A DNA stretch of 64,000 nt, taken from the NCBI GenBank assembly GCA_025201805.1, contig MU619293.1, positions 123,823-187,822 of the forward strand, given 5' to 3'. Of this stretch, positions 23,720 to 36,548 are shown in pieces (within the stretch, counting starts at the first letter, position 1; each line of letters begins with the position of its first letter). Below the pieces are notes generated by a model. It was not told the DNA's origin. It did no database searches and was given only the letters and a program-made list of their open reading frames with translations. Source of the DNA: Parasitella parasitica NRRL 2501. Lineage: Eukaryota > Fungi > Mucoromycota. The position numbers and the translations under genes were made by a program.

Positions 23720-25117
23720 ATGTCTCTCTTACTTAACTGCTCTGTTTGCCAACACCAATTAGTTGATCCTGTTACATTGTCCTGCGGCTTTACTGTCTGC
23801 TTGACCTGTCTGCCATCGCAAGAAGAATTTCAAAGGTCAACATTTGTCTGTCCAGTCCAGCAGTGCAACAAGGAATCTCATTTATTCGGACCCAACCTGT
23901 ACTTGGACAGCTGCATCAGCCAAATCATCAAGCTGAAGCAGTCTGATGATAAGCAAGTAGCAGAGTCGCTGCAATGCTCCATTGGCAATCACTTGCTACA
24001 GCACCCAATTACTTCGCATTGTGGACACAGCTTCTGTAAATTGTGTGTTCTGCAATACAAGATTTCTAGTGACTCATGTAAAAAGTGTCAGAAACGCTTA
24101 CCCAGCTACCAATTCATCCAACAGCAACCCCCTAATTTCATACTACAGCAAGTCTTGTCTGCTTACAATCAGCAATACACACCTCCGTCAGATAACGTCT
24201 CTGCAGCAAACCACATTAGCAACATGTCAATCTCTTTCAATCCGCTGTCATCCACCGCCTCATATCAATCCATCCCTATTTTTCTCACCGAGTTTCCAGT
24301 ACTGCCTTCTCAGAAATTGCGCATTCCAATCTACACTGAGCTTCATCGCACCTTCTTTGTCAACTCTTTATTGATTTGCAAAGAATATCAATCGCTTTGC
24401 TTTGGTATCATGGCTAAAAACAAGGCAAATCACAAGGGCCATTATGGTACCATGGTGAAAATCAATGCCGTCGAACAGAGAAGCAACGATCTGGTTGTTG
24501 ATGTTATTGGTCTTGATCGCTTCCAAGTGACCAGTGTGCTGAAGGAAACTGACGATTATCTCAAAGTTGATCTTGAAATGAAATTTGAAAGTGTGCAAGA
24601 CCTGGGGCCCGTTTCAACAAGGCATTGGATCGACCATCGACAAGAAGTACTGGAGAAGCAACTAACAAAGCTGAGCCCGCCTTTATCTCCAGATGGCTCT
24701 ATGGAAGATGTTGCAGTTTCAAACGTAACGCTACCCAAATCACCTCCTGCTGAGCCTTTCATTTTCACTCCAGCAACAAAATTATCCAGCAGGGTCCATG
24801 ATTTTGTTAGCGATTTGGCCCATAGCGCTCCTTCTACTTCATTCTGCAGTGCCATTGAAGGTCTTTTGGGTCCCGTCTGGCTTGAATCTGTTCAAGGTCT
24901 CCATGGCTCCTTGCCTGCTGCTGACAACGCTGTTGCCATGTGCTGGTGGGCTGGAGTTGTATTTCCTGTTAGTAACGCGGATAGATATCACTTGTTGGAA
25001 ACTGGTACTCTGGAGAATCGCCTTAAGATTGTTTTGTCTTGGATTGATGATCTCAAATCTCAATGGGGCAACTGTCGAAAAACTGCCATGAATTCTGCTG
25101 CCAAAGTTGGCAAATAA
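23720..25117 (+). CDS. RING-finger/LON substrate-binding domain protein (LONRF / Mucorales CrgA-family paralog)
   Basis: Two RING-like units (CSVC..PVTLSCGFTVCLTC; CSIG..PITSHCGHSFCKLC..CKKC), a Q-rich stretch and a LON_N domain (IPIF..VLPSQKLRIPIY..YGTMVKI..GLDRF..CWWAGVVFP..LLETGTLENRLKIV). Intronless; TATAAATA at 23647. Confidence 0.85.
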   Translation: MSLLLNCSVCQHQLVDPVTLSCGFTVCLTCLPSQEEFQRSTFVCPVQQCNKESHLFGPNLYLDSCISQIIKLKQSDDKQVAESLQCSIGNHLLQHPITSHCGHSFCKLCVLQYKISSDSCKKCQKRLPSYQFIQQQPPNFILQQVLSAYNQQYTPPSDNVSAANHISNMSISFNPLSSTASYQSIPIFLTEFPVLPSQKLRIPIYTELHRTFFVNSLLICKEYQSLCFGIMAKNKANHKGHYGTMVKINAVEQRSNDLVVDVIGLDRFQVTSVLKETDDYLKVDLEMKFESVQDLGPVSTRHWIDHRQEVLEKQLTKLSPPLSPDGSMEDVAVSNVTLPKSPPAEPFIFTPATKLSSRVHDFVSDLAHSAPSTSFCSAIEGLLGPVWLESVQGLHGSLPAADNAVAMCWWAGVVFPVSNADRYHLLETGTLENRLKIVLSWIDDLKSQWGNCRKTAMNSAAKVGK

Positions 25118-26504
25118 AGCAGAATCACCTCTTATACCTGTTTATACACTCTAATCCATATGAAATCAATGGTCTACTACTGATTTTTTTTCATTTTCTT
25201 TATTCCCTTTCCTCTCCCTCACTTCCCCCCCCCCTCGTCATGCCTCGCTTTCTTACATATACCTCTATGTTTATACATATTTCTGCAATAAAAAGCATTT
25301 AACGAACATTTCGAGTAAGGGATAATATACATTATAACATACAGATCGAATATTCTCTGAAAAAAGGATCGAAACATCTATATTGTTCTATTTCGTTCTT
25401 GCTTCTTTATTTCAGGGATCACTGATTTCACATAAAATCACGATCTTGAGACGTTTATTTTTCTCCGATATTCTCTCTATCGGCTGCCTTGATTCTCGAT
25501 CTCACATCCTATTCGATCTAGCGCTTTCTCTTCAACGTTGATTTTCAAATAGATTCATCTGAAGACTTTTTGGCATGATTTATTGAAAATCAACGGACTT
25601 TAACATTTACTTTCCGGATTGAAGGTTTTCCTCACATATGCAAGTTTGTTGATGCGGCATTGTAATTTATGGGTCGATTAATCAACAGACATTACCCTGT
25701 ATAACGGTACATGGTCAGCATGCCTATTGTTTTCTTTAGATATTCACTAATCAAAATTCGAGAATCAATTGCAGCTGTATTCACACTTTGGTGGTATGCT
25801 CCTCTTTTCATTTAGGAGCAAGACATATAAGCCCAATAAATAACTCTTAACTGTCTCAACATAATTTCACAGCCGAGATGCTGAAGAGTATGGAACAAAA
25901 GAAAGTTTTTATGTAGCTTCAAGCTATTATTGGCTTACAAGCAAAATATTATTGTAGTAATATAATATCGAGTAGGATAGAAACAGATGAGATAAAGAAA
26001 AATACTTGATAGACGACATTCTTTTATTCGTGAATAACAACACCGTAGATTCGTTAGATGATTCTTGATGACAGATTTAATCGTTGTCAGAATAACCAAT
26101 CGTTGTATCGAAAGTTGACTTGACACATGCAATCGTATGATCAAGCGTATAATCTGGTTGCCTTTTATTAAACTATGTGATCTTACAAACAATAATGAAA
26201 TTGATGTGTCAAATCAACGAATTTGGATACACTTTGGGGTTTAATTTTCTGCACCCTCGATATTTGCCTAGATTGCCACGGCGATATCCCTTGATTGTAG
26301 CTGAAATGAGCAATACTGGATTGCTCTAGAGCTATTCTTATGGTACCATTAAAAATTTCTTTGTATGACATAGAAATGGCATCGTTGTATCCATATTCCT
26401 GAATGTTCCACCCAATAAAACGATGAGGATTTTTGATTTGAATTAAGCGTGTGCATGTCTCAGTTAGATTTTTTCTTCCCTTACCCCAAACTGCTCAACT
26501 TACT

Positions 26505-29367
26505 ATGACCCTACGCACCAACGACACAGAATCAAATCATGTCAGCAAGTTTTGGGCAAAGACTAACTTGGAAGATGCAATCACAGAGGATGACTCTTCG
26601 GACAGCATTGTACTGGGAAAGAAAGGTCGTTCAACGATAATGCTGTCAGCAGAAGAAGAAGAAGAAGGAGGTGAGTATTGTATCTGCCAATTTGTCAACT
26701 ATATTTTTTGATGCCAATTATGTGGTGCTAGATGACATTTCCAAAGTTGTACCCGCCAGCTACGAATATACCATTCAAGACCCATCATCTTCTTCAAGTG
26801 AAAACGAACAACCGACTAAAAAAAGCCATAAGAATAGTGATGTTAGTCTCTTCAACCCTTCTGTTAACGAAACCAACAGCTCGACCAAAAGATACCAAAC
26901 GAAAATGCTATTGGCTTCTCTTATTGAACGCTTTTGTTGCTCTTACGGAGATACGCCTGATGCAAATCGAAGAGTGTTTTTTCTCATATGTCAAACCCTG
27001 CGCTCCCTGGGGATCATCGACGCCGAGTTTGTGGATGAGATGACAAGCGTAAGGTCTGCTTTTCAACAAGCGTTCCATAAACTATTTTACACGGCTGTCC
27101 AAACCGTCAGAAATCAAAACTTGGTCCATTTTGACACTAGTTTGCCGGTAAAGCTGATCAAAACTACACCTCTTGGAGATCCACCCTTACTCTCGCCAAA
27201 CAGCTCCAATACAGAGCCTTCGTCGCCCACTTTATCGTCATCGTCATCGTCACCGCCATCCACTCGTTTTAATCCACGGCAACCTAAAAACGACTACTTT
27301 TCTCACTCATCTTCCTCTGGACGCCAACCTTCGTTTGGTGACAATATACTCGGTCACTCGGCTAAAATGAGCAATTCTGTCACAACAGCTACCAGCTTCC
27401 GCTCCTTCATGTCCAATACCACCAGCAGTATTCGCAGCAATGACGATTTCTTTGGCAACCTCAGTGTGCAAAACTCTCGCTACAACAACGATTTTGTGGA
27501 AATCAGCCTACTAGGCAAAGGGGGCTTTGCAAGCGCTTTTCGCGCTCGCAACAAACTGGACGACATTGATTACGCCGTTAAAAAGATTCGGTTGGGAAAC
27601 GATATTGAAGAAAGTGATCACAAGAATGAAAACCCCTATGAGAAAATATTTAGAGAGATCAAGAATCTCGCACGATTAGAACACCAGAATGTCATTCGGT
27701 ATTATTCATCTTGGCTAGAATTCGACGATTCTGCCAACTGTGAATCAGTGGCCACTGATGGTTCTGATTGGGAAGAAGACACTTCGAGACCTTACATGGG
27801 TCGAGGCTCGTTATCTAACGAAAGCAGCGCCAGCATATTTCAAAGCAGAGATCCCACATTCAGCGAGCCAGGCGCTGGTTTGTTTGGTCGTAATGACGAT
27901 AGCGGCATATCTTATATACAATTTGGAGAAGGATCAACTAGTGATTTTGGTGGAGCAGAGTCTAATAGCTCTTGGTCGAATATGGCCAAATCCCAATCAT
28001 ACTCAAAACCACAGCAGCAATTGCCCAAATCTAAAACAAAGACAAGTGGCTGGACTCTATTTATTCAAATGCAACTATGTCCAAGTAAGGTTTTTTGTTT
28101 GTTACACACATTATGCGTTTTGTAAACACGCTAAAACTCTACTAGCTACTTTGCATGATTACATTAGATTCCGTAACAAGCAATATTCAGAACGAGCAGA
28201 CGTAAGCATCGTGGACACTCGAAGAAATATCGAGATATTTGCTCAAATCTTGGAAGGAGCCGCGTATATCCACGACCAAGGGCTGATCCATCGAGATTTG
28301 AAGCCTAGCAACATTTTTCTCAGTATGCCAAACACGTCTGCGTACGTCAACAACAGCGATGGAACAAGAAGGAGAAGAAGAACCAGCAGTGCTGGCGCAT
28401 GTATGGAGTCTTCATCCACCACTGCCAGTTCGTCCTCGTTTCATAGTACGTTGCCTAGCGACAGCAATATCAACATGTGGGAAGAATGCTGGGTGCCCAA
28501 GATTGGTGATTTTGGCCTAGCTGCTGAGGCAATGGACGAAGCCACAGGAGATACAGTGCTTGTACCTACCCCCATGTCGTCCACGCCTCCTAGTCCAAAG
28601 ATAGGGCCCTGTTCGGATACTAGTAGCTGCAATAACAATGTTGACCAGCACTTGAGACAGCGACCAAAGAGACCGAAACCTAAGCGTACTCGGACTGTGG
28701 GTGTTGGTACCCGTACTGTAAGTATCGTAGTGATGTGTGGGGTATGACGCGCTTCGACTAATTCGTGGCAAACGTATAGTATGCTTCACCAGAGCAATTA
28801 GCTATTCCAGCACAGGCATATGATGAAAAAGTAGATATATACTCGCTGGGGATTATTTTATTCGAGCTATTTCAGCCATTCACCACAGGCATGGAGAGAG
28901 CTGATTCAATAGACAAACTAAAGCGCGGTTTATTTCCCAGCGGATTCTTGGAAATGCATCCAAAAATTTCTGCTCTGATACTTTGGATGATGGACCATAA
29001 GCCTGACCATCGACCTAAAGCGCATCAGCTGCTGGAATTCGAGCTCTTTTCTCACCCTAATGTCCAGGATGATGGAGATATATGTTTGACACTGCAAACG
29101 CAGCTGCAATCGAAAATCAACCAATTGGAGCGTAAAAACAATGAAATCAAAGAACTAAAGCAAAAGGTAATTCAGGTCGAACAAGAAAAGACACAGGCAT
29201 TGCATGAAATGCAGCAAAAATTGCAGGAAATGCAATTGAAGCTGGACCGATATCAAGAGCCTCAGAATGCCATGAAGAAATGTTCCATCTTGAGCCCTAC
29301 TCCTTCGTTTTTGAAAAAGAAAAAGGAAGTGAGGTGGTCGTCCATTGATTCGTATGATAAGATATGA
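26505..29367 (+). CDS. eIF2-alpha kinase, HRI (EIF2AK1 / S. pombe Hri)-like, multi-exon
   Basis: SRYNNDFVEISLLGKGGFASAFRARNKLDDIDYAVKKI, a kinase insert, LFIQMQLC, HRDLKPSNIF, KIGDFGLA, TVGVGTRTYASPEQ. N-terminal LLASLIERFC..VFFLICQTLRSLGI; C-terminal coiled coil. Confidence 0.9.
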
Positions 29368-29452
29368 GCTGATTTTTTTTTTTTTTTTTTTTTTGCAAGT
29401 TTGTCGTACGATTATTTTTGTAAATACATATAATTTTTATTAGTATTATTGA

Positions 29453-32194
29453 TCAACTGTTATTATTAATATTAGTAGCATGTGTGTTGCCGTTGTTGCT
29501 ATTAGCATTATTACTATTTTGAAAGGATATAGACGATGAAAATTTACCAAAGGCTTCCAAAAACGCCTTTTTCTTTTTTTTCTCTTTGCCATGCTGAGAA
29601 GGACTGGATGATCTTCTAGGGCTACTAGATGTGTTCAAGTCCAGTTCCGATGTGGGGTAGGATCTCTGTTGGTGTGGGGTAGCAGGTGGGCTATATGCAT
29701 TTCGAGTAGGAGAGTACATTCCACCCATTGTCGATGATCTTTGTGGTTGCTGTGGAGAATAGGTGGGCTGAGATATTGACTGGTTGTTGGCTAAAGAGGG
29801 GTTTCTTGATCTGAATGCTTGTAAAGTGGGCGATGCTGTATTGCTTGCAAAATTATCAAAAGTGGATAGCCCGGCAGACGACGATGCAGCCGTCGTTACA
29901 GTCGGGTTCTCAGTAGTTGAATTGGTATTGTTGTTATTGTTGTTTAAACTCGAAGCTGATAATGACGCTGTGGGTGAGATGGCACCTGGCGGATCCATTA
30001 AATTGTTTGCAGCCACTACAGCAGGTGTCGAAACAGCCCGCGATCTAATTAAATTGATATCATTCACACTCTGTTGCCGTTGCTGCTGTTGCTTTTGCTG
30101 CTGTTGCTGCTGCTGCTGTTGCTGCTGTTGCTGCTGTTGCTGTTGGATCATTTTCTTTGCTGCAATCATCATTTTCAGCGCACGTATCTGTAAGCTCGTC
30201 TGATGCGACAGCGCTGCTGTTTCAAAAATCAAAGGGGCAGTCGACATATTGAGCATTTGGTGGAGTGCATGCGTAGCCAACTCTCGAAGACGTGGAATAT
30301 CATACATGTCTGATAGCAGCAGGAGTTGCGACAGTATATGAGGCTGGTACTGCTGTGCTGTTAGCAGATTGTCCGTATATATATACTGCAACAAGGCAAT
30401 GACAACTGCGTGCGGGTATGGGAATGACATGTAATGACTCTTGATCAATGTGATTTCATTCTCTTGCTCGACAAGCTCCTTTTTCTCTTTATTATTGATT
30501 CCCGCCCCTTCTTTTCTTCCACCATTGTCATCATCCTCTTGCTGGTCCCCTTGTTCTTCATCACTTTCTAGATCAGCGCTGTCTTCATGAACAGGTGGTG
30601 CAACAGATAAAGATGATGTAGAAGCCACCGCCTCCTTTTTTTCATCATTTGCTTCTTTACAGTCAGTCGTCTCCTCCACCTTCTCCTCCTCCTCTTCTTG
30701 TTGTTGTTTTTCTTCGACTGCTTCCTGCTCCTGCTGCTGCTGCTGCTCATTGAGGGATGAGTGTTTAGAAGTCGACCGATGCACAACTTGGTGGTTGCCC
30801 TTCATTAAATTGCTAAAATAAGGCCATCGCTGGCACAGCACGGCCGAATTGACGGGGATGCTTTGATTATCTTGAGTGATGATGTGGAAGTCAGACACGG
30901 CAGGTTCATTCAAAAGTCGAAGCCCCATCTCCTGAGCCAATGAAGAGCAGGTTGCTTCAGGTAGCGCATACACCCCAAACGCTTCCAAATCCACCATGGC
31001 AACATGGTCAAAATTGACTTGTCGATGATTATAGTCGTCTAATAAATTTCTATTCGAGTTACCAAACACGAGGAACCGGTTTGAACTTTGGTGGAGGACG
31101 CCACGGTTCCACGATCCTGTGTTGAATACGGTGCCAGTCTCGATACGCGACCAAGTGAGTTTGCTGAGATCAAGCGCCCAAACAGTGTAAGATTGGGCCT
31201 GAGGCGATAAATAAGTGCCTGCTAGAATCAGATGATTACCGAGGGTGTGACCTGTGGGGAATCGCAGCCCAGGGGGCATAATAGAACCATTCATGTAATG
31301 CGAGCAATCATCTACAGCAGTTGTTTGTGGTGGTGGTGCTGTGCTGTTTGTAAAGATAACTTGCAACTCTCGCTTTACGTCAGCAAAGTTGTAGTTGGTG
31401 TAGAGGTAGATAGGGCTGGATTCGTCACCTACAGACTGCAGCGTATTAGGACTGAATTGTCGCAAGGACGTTGCACGCACGTCATCTAATTCATTGTTGT
31501 TGTTGCTGCTGTTATGCTGTTCATCTGTCATTTCATCAGGCTGCTGCTGCTGCTGTATGATTGATGTTGAAGGTGGAAATCGGGTGCCAGGTGGTGCAGT
31601 AACAGCAACAGATCTGTAGGCGCCAACATGTTTCTCGAATGTCTTCACTTGCTCCCATTCCCATGTCTTTAAGTTCAAGACGTTCATTTCATCCAGATAG
31701 TTGTTTTCTAAATCTTGGCCACCGACTACCAAGAGCCTATCATCTGCTACGGACGACAGATGTGCATATCTTGCTTGTGGGCAGTACAGAGAAGGTTGGA
31801 TGTTTTGACTCCTCCAGCACATGGTATCAATATCGAGTACAGATACATCGTCAAGCACGCATAATCCCTCGCTTGCTATTTTAGAATATCCCATACCGCC
31901 AAATATAATCAATTGGTTGTTGTAAACACTGCTAGAATGAAAATATCGTGCTTTTGGCGGGCTATCTGAATCTGGTGGAGGTATATGCCGAGTCCAGCAA
32001 AATGTGTTCAAATCAAGTATATATAGATAGTTTGTCATTTTTCGAGATGTCGCTAGTCGTCCTGCAAATACATAAACTTTGTCATCGATAACGTTGATTG
32101 ACGCACCCACCAACGCAGGTGGGACTTCATCCACAGTAACATGGATTTGAGTAATGATACCCGAGATGGATTGCATTTGTATATTCGAAGGCAT
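29453..32194 (-). CDS. Kelch-repeat + BTB/POZ protein (Mds3/Pmd1/Ral2 family)
   Basis: 913-aa ORF with Kelch repeats (RYFHSS, RYAHLS, VVGGQD), PPGLRFPTG..LAGTYLS..GSWNRG..DDYNHRQVNF, and a split BTB (SDFHII..VLCQRWPYF..LLQYIYTD). Confidence 0.85.
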   Translation of the reverse strand: MPSNIQMQSISGIITQIHVTVDEVPPALVGASINVIDDKVYVFAGRLATSRKMTNYLYILDLNTFCWTRHIPPPDSDSPPKARYFHSSSVYNNQLIIFGGMGYSKIASEGLCVLDDVSVLDIDTMCWRSQNIQPSLYCPQARYAHLSSVADDRLLVVGGQDLENNYLDEMNVLNLKTWEWEQVKTFEKHVGAYRSVAVTAPPGTRFPPSTSIIQQQQQPDEMTDEQHNSSNNNNELDDVRATSLRQFSPNTLQSVGDESSPIYLYTNYNFADVKRELQVIFTNSTAPPPQTTAVDDCSHYMNGSIMPPGLRFPTGHTLGNHLILAGTYLSPQAQSYTVWALDLSKLTWSRIETGTVFNTGSWNRGVLHQSSNRFLVFGNSNRNLLDDYNHRQVNFDHVAMVDLEAFGVYALPEATCSSLAQEMGLRLLNEPAVSDFHIITQDNQSIPVNSAVLCQRWPYFSNLMKGNHQVVHRSTSKHSSLNEQQQQQEQEAVEEKQQQEEEEEKVEETTDCKEANDEKKEAVASTSSLSVAPPVHEDSADLESDEEQGDQQEDDDNGGRKEGAGINNKEKKELVEQENEITLIKSHYMSFPYPHAVVIALLQYIYTDNLLTAQQYQPHILSQLLLLSDMYDIPRLRELATHALHQMLNMSTAPLIFETAALSHQTSLQIRALKMMIAAKKMIQQQQQQQQQQQQQQQQQKQQQQRQQSVNDINLIRSRAVSTPAVVAANNLMDPPGAISPTASLSASSLNNNNNNTNSTTENPTVTTAASSSAGLSTFDNFASNTASPTLQAFRSRNPSLANNQSISQPTYSPQQPQRSSTMGGMYSPTRNAYSPPATPHQQRSYPTSELDLNTSSSPRRSSSPSQHGKEKKKKKAFLEAFGKFSSSISFQNSNNANSNNGNTHATNINNNS
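30072..30144. repeat. (CAG/CAA)n poly-Gln coding repeat
   Basis: tgctgt/tgc repeats encoding the polyQ tract of the Kelch-BTB protein. Confidence 0.9.
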
Positions 32195-32254
32195 CTTTTT
32201 TCTTTGTGGTTGTAGTTGTTATGGTTGATATTAGTTGCTGCTTTGATTATTAGT

Positions 32255-32294
<40 letters not shown>

Positions 32295-34680
32295 GATAGA
32301 AACAAAGATACCAAATACAAACAGGGGAAAAAAGATCAAGTATTTACTCCCTTTGGCTGTTCGTTAAAATATAGACAGAGAAAGAAATGGAGAAAAAAAA
32401 GAAGGTTGATTTAAAATCACACATCATCATTTTTATATTGCACCAAAATTGCAAACCAACCCCGGCCCCACACACGAAATATACTCTCCTTGAAATAAAT
32501 TGTATTTCATTATAAAAATAGTAGTCAGCCTTGATGAAAATCGATTGTGTGATACATCTAAAAGATAACCATGTTTCTATACGATTGAAATATGCGTGTA
32601 CATTCATATTTATAGATACAATCGAGTTTCCCATAAACACTGCCATATAATCCCCATGGTTACCACAAGAGAATCGCATGATGTAATTTATTAGTATCGA
32701 TAATCTCATCTGTGCACTGATCATGCATATTGTCCCAATTAGATTTCGCTTTCTTTTTGCACATGCCGCGCAAATATTTGTTGGATATATTTACCATAAT
32801 AAGCTTCAACAAAATAAACAAAAAGCTTATCCTTCAAGTGCACATTATGGTTCTCTACCCTTATATAAGACCCTTTTTAAAAAGAAATTCATTGGGGAAG
32901 ACCAACGCCATACAATTCTGTAGCTAGCATTGCCATTTTATTTTTCTTGTTTTTTAACATGGTTTTCTCATTCTCTTTATCTCTCTAATTTCTTATTATT
33001 CGTATTACTATTATTTATATCTATTTCAGTACGTTATATCTCAATTGCACCCGCCTCTTCGATAGGAACTCATATCCTATAGTAAGCGGCTCAATCAATA
33101 AACACGATTTAAAAACAAAAAAAAAAAAAAAAAGGCTTTTCAAGGATATTTTCATTGCCAAACACATACAAAATTTAATACACTTTCCAAGTGATTTTGT
33201 GTGATCTTTAATCTGGAATTTTTTAATATTATACTCTTGTTACAAAGTTTTGTTTAATTGACCAAAACGTTAAATTTCAGTTTCTTAGCAAAAAATCACA
33301 CAATTTCTCATGATGCTCAAAATTAACTAATTTATCGAGCAGTTATTTTTCGTATATAAACCTATCAGTAAAATACGATTAATTTCAGGTGAAAATAAGG
33401 ATTCTCTACTAAATTTAATTTTTACATGCATTGGTACAAGTGCCTGGAGCGACAAAAAAATATTTTCTGTATAAAAGATGCAAAATTTATTCAATAAATG
33501 GGCCAAGTAATTTGACATGTTTAGGAGCCTTCTTGCGTTTGAATTGCTCGATATATGTCATTCTTCAAAATGTTGATTTATGCGATTCTTATTACAACAG
33601 ATACATCTTAATGCATGCTTAATCTGTAATCACAGTTAGTTTTTGGGTTATTACAGTATAGCACGTTGTTCGAATGCTAAGAAAACTTGAAAAAAACCAA
33701 TCAATATTGTTTTTTGGATCATCTACCAAGGAAATTTATGTTTATTTTGCATCAAATAAAGTTTACGCACTCTTTTGACATACTCTCTACAGTGTGGCTG
33801 TTATTTTTAGTCAAGATATATGTTGTTTTTGTGCCATTAGTACATGTACTATAGTCAATGCTCTGTAAGACCTTTAAATCATAAATATAAGCTTTGATTT
33901 TCATGTTTTTCATTATGTGAAAAGTCATCAGGGACTACCCAATAATATATTAATATGAAGAGATGGGTAGAATCCTTGGAATCGAAAAAGTTCATTTTTA
34001 TTTAATTTGATAATAAATCAGTTGTATACCCTGGGTAATCCTTGATTTCTCGTTAATCTGCAAATCTATTGAATGAAAATTTCGGAAGACCAGAACCAAC
34101 TTTTAAGGGTGCAACGCTATTTTTTTTTATAAAATAATACAGAATCTGATATTTTCGAAACCATATCTCTCTAATTTTTGTACCTAGTTATAAATGAAAA
34201 AAAAAAAAAAAAAGCTATATTCCTACCGCTAAGGGTCATCAGAATTATATATGTATTTATATAGAATTACGTGTGTGCGAAAGTTCATGTGCGAAAACCT
34301 AATCTGATGCCATGTATGGAAATAGCAATTTGTCATGTATATATACGGCAAATGGCCACTGACAGCATGTACATATGACATGTCAAACTTGGTTGTATGC
34401 ATAGAAAGTCAAATGCCCACTTTTATGTTTATATATTGTTTAAAATATGGTCATCAGATGACAAGCAAGCTTCTGTGGATGCGTTATCATTTCAAGAGCA
34501 AGGACTTGTATGCAGAAAATTTAGAAAGAAAAAGTGGAACGAAAAAAGGGATGAAAAGAAAAAAAATCATTATTATCCAGCATAGATACACATCCCGCTA
34601 TGCCAAAGAAACTGTTTTCAATAAAAGCACTCTTTTCAGAAACACATGAACACTTCTTTCTTCTTTGTACATTTATTCTT

Positions 34681-36057
34681 ATGAAGAACGAAAAATCTCA
34701 TCAAGTTGTAGCCATTGAAACTCGAGGCACCAGTGTCACATCCAATGGTATACTTGCATTTGGATTCTATTGGCTTACGTAGATCAATGTTAATCAATTC
34801 TCTTGCTTAGATTATGACTCTGAATTTGCAAACGAGAAAATATATGGACAGCTTGACAGATCAAATGCCGGATCTAGTCTACTTGCATACTTCAATGTGG
34901 TGTGTGTTGTAGCAGGTACAGGCATCCTGGGTCTCCCCATGGCATTGAAACAAGGCGGCTGGATCGGTTTGATCATCTTGTTTTTGGCCTGGTCAATGTC
35001 TATCTACACTGCCAATCTACTGATCAAGTGCTTATACGCAGGTTGTGGCGATAAGCAGAGACTCGCTACATATAAAGAAGTAGCTACTGCTGCTTTTGGC
35101 GCGACTGGTGGTTGGATTACATTTTTCTTCAACGCTTGGATCTTGCTGGGTGGCCCTGTTCTGTACCTTGTGCTATCAGGTCAAAATTTGAACGCCTTAT
35201 GTAAAGGCACTGTTGCAGAGATTGGAGATACCCCATGGATCATTATATCTTGCATTGTTGTTGCTATTCCCTTTATCCTTGTCAAGACTATGAAAGATAT
35301 TGCCTGGATCAGTGCTCTAGGCGTTGTTGCCATCGTCATTACCGTGCTCGTTGTGTTGGTTATGTCAGCTATTGATAAACCAAATCAAGCGGATATTCAC
35401 CATGATGTTGTTATTTGGGAAATGTTTCCCATCTCTTTGAGTACAATTGCGTTTAGCTTTGGCGGCAATGTTGTTTATCCTCATATCGAATCGTCCATGA
35501 AGAAGCCTCAAGATTGGACCAAGGTTGCTGCTGGTGGTCTATCTACATGTGCCGCTCTTTACCTGATTGTTGCTGTCTGTGGATACATCGTGTATGGTTC
35601 TAATGTCGCTAATCCCATCTATAACTCGCTGCCGGATAGTGCTGGTAGAATTGTTGCTATTGTAGTTATCACGATCAACGTTTTGACATCTGCCCCTATT
35701 TATACTACGAGCTTCTCGCTGGATATTGAAGAAATGTGCAGCATTTCTGTTGAACGCTTTGGAAGAGTCAAGGAATTTTTGATCCGTGCTTCTCTTCGCA
35801 TTTTGATTATGGGTGTCGTATGTGTAATCGCCTGTACAGTACCTCATTTCGGTACTTTGATGAGTTTGATTGGAGCCTTTGGTAATTGTACCTTGATTTT
35901 CATATTCCCTGTTGCATTTTACCTTAAGTTAACGGGAATCCGCAACAAAAAGCCTTATGAGCTTGCTTGGTGTTTTCTTGTGGTTCTCCTTGGACTCGTA
36001 GGCCTTATTTTCGGCACAATAGAGGCCATCAAGCAATTAATTATAGATTTTAGCTAA
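34681..36057 (+). CDS. Amino acid transporter (Aa_trans / AVT-like), paralog 1
   Basis: Short exon MKNEKSHQ.., phase-1 intron, then AYFNVVCVVAGTGILGLPMALKQGGW..FSFGGNVVYPHIESSMKKP; about 11 TM helices. Confidence 0.93.
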
Positions 36058-36548
36058 ACTTAAAGTCTCCCTACACAATATACCACATCAACAATTATAT
36101 AAAATATTTGAAATTTGCCTGATAATACTGGGAAATGCTACTCTTTTTATTTTATTTTTTTTTGTTTACCGAGAAATCTTGCTTGTTGTCTGTCCGCTGC
36201 TCTCCTTGTTTCACCAAAGATATGATTGCCGAGATGCTTTGAAGATAAGCTTACCTTATTCAATAATTTTTGTCACAAGGTGCATTCTCGCCCGAGTCCA
36301 TCAATTAGCAGAGTGAATTCTCGAATGTGTTAGGACTGTATCCGTAAGAGCAGATTTATAGAAACAACAGACTTTGCTGTCAACTCCGCATGAGAACTGA
36401 CATTACAAAATATTTCTGACAGTTCTTTTAAAGAAAACAATGTTGTAATAGAAAACCCAAGCACCTCAGCTGTGAATGACATAAAAAGACGGCAGTTTCT
36501 CGCCTTATTTACAAGTTTAATATACTTTTTTTTTTTCGCACGTTAATC

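Noticed and set aside
25330-26420. Short ORFs between the RING-LON gene and the kinase
   Set aside because: No recognisable motifs or consistent splice structure.
29784-30203. Poly-Cys ORFs (also 43797-44009 and 18012-18242)
   Set aside because: Antisense readings of CAG/AAC-type repeats in real genes.
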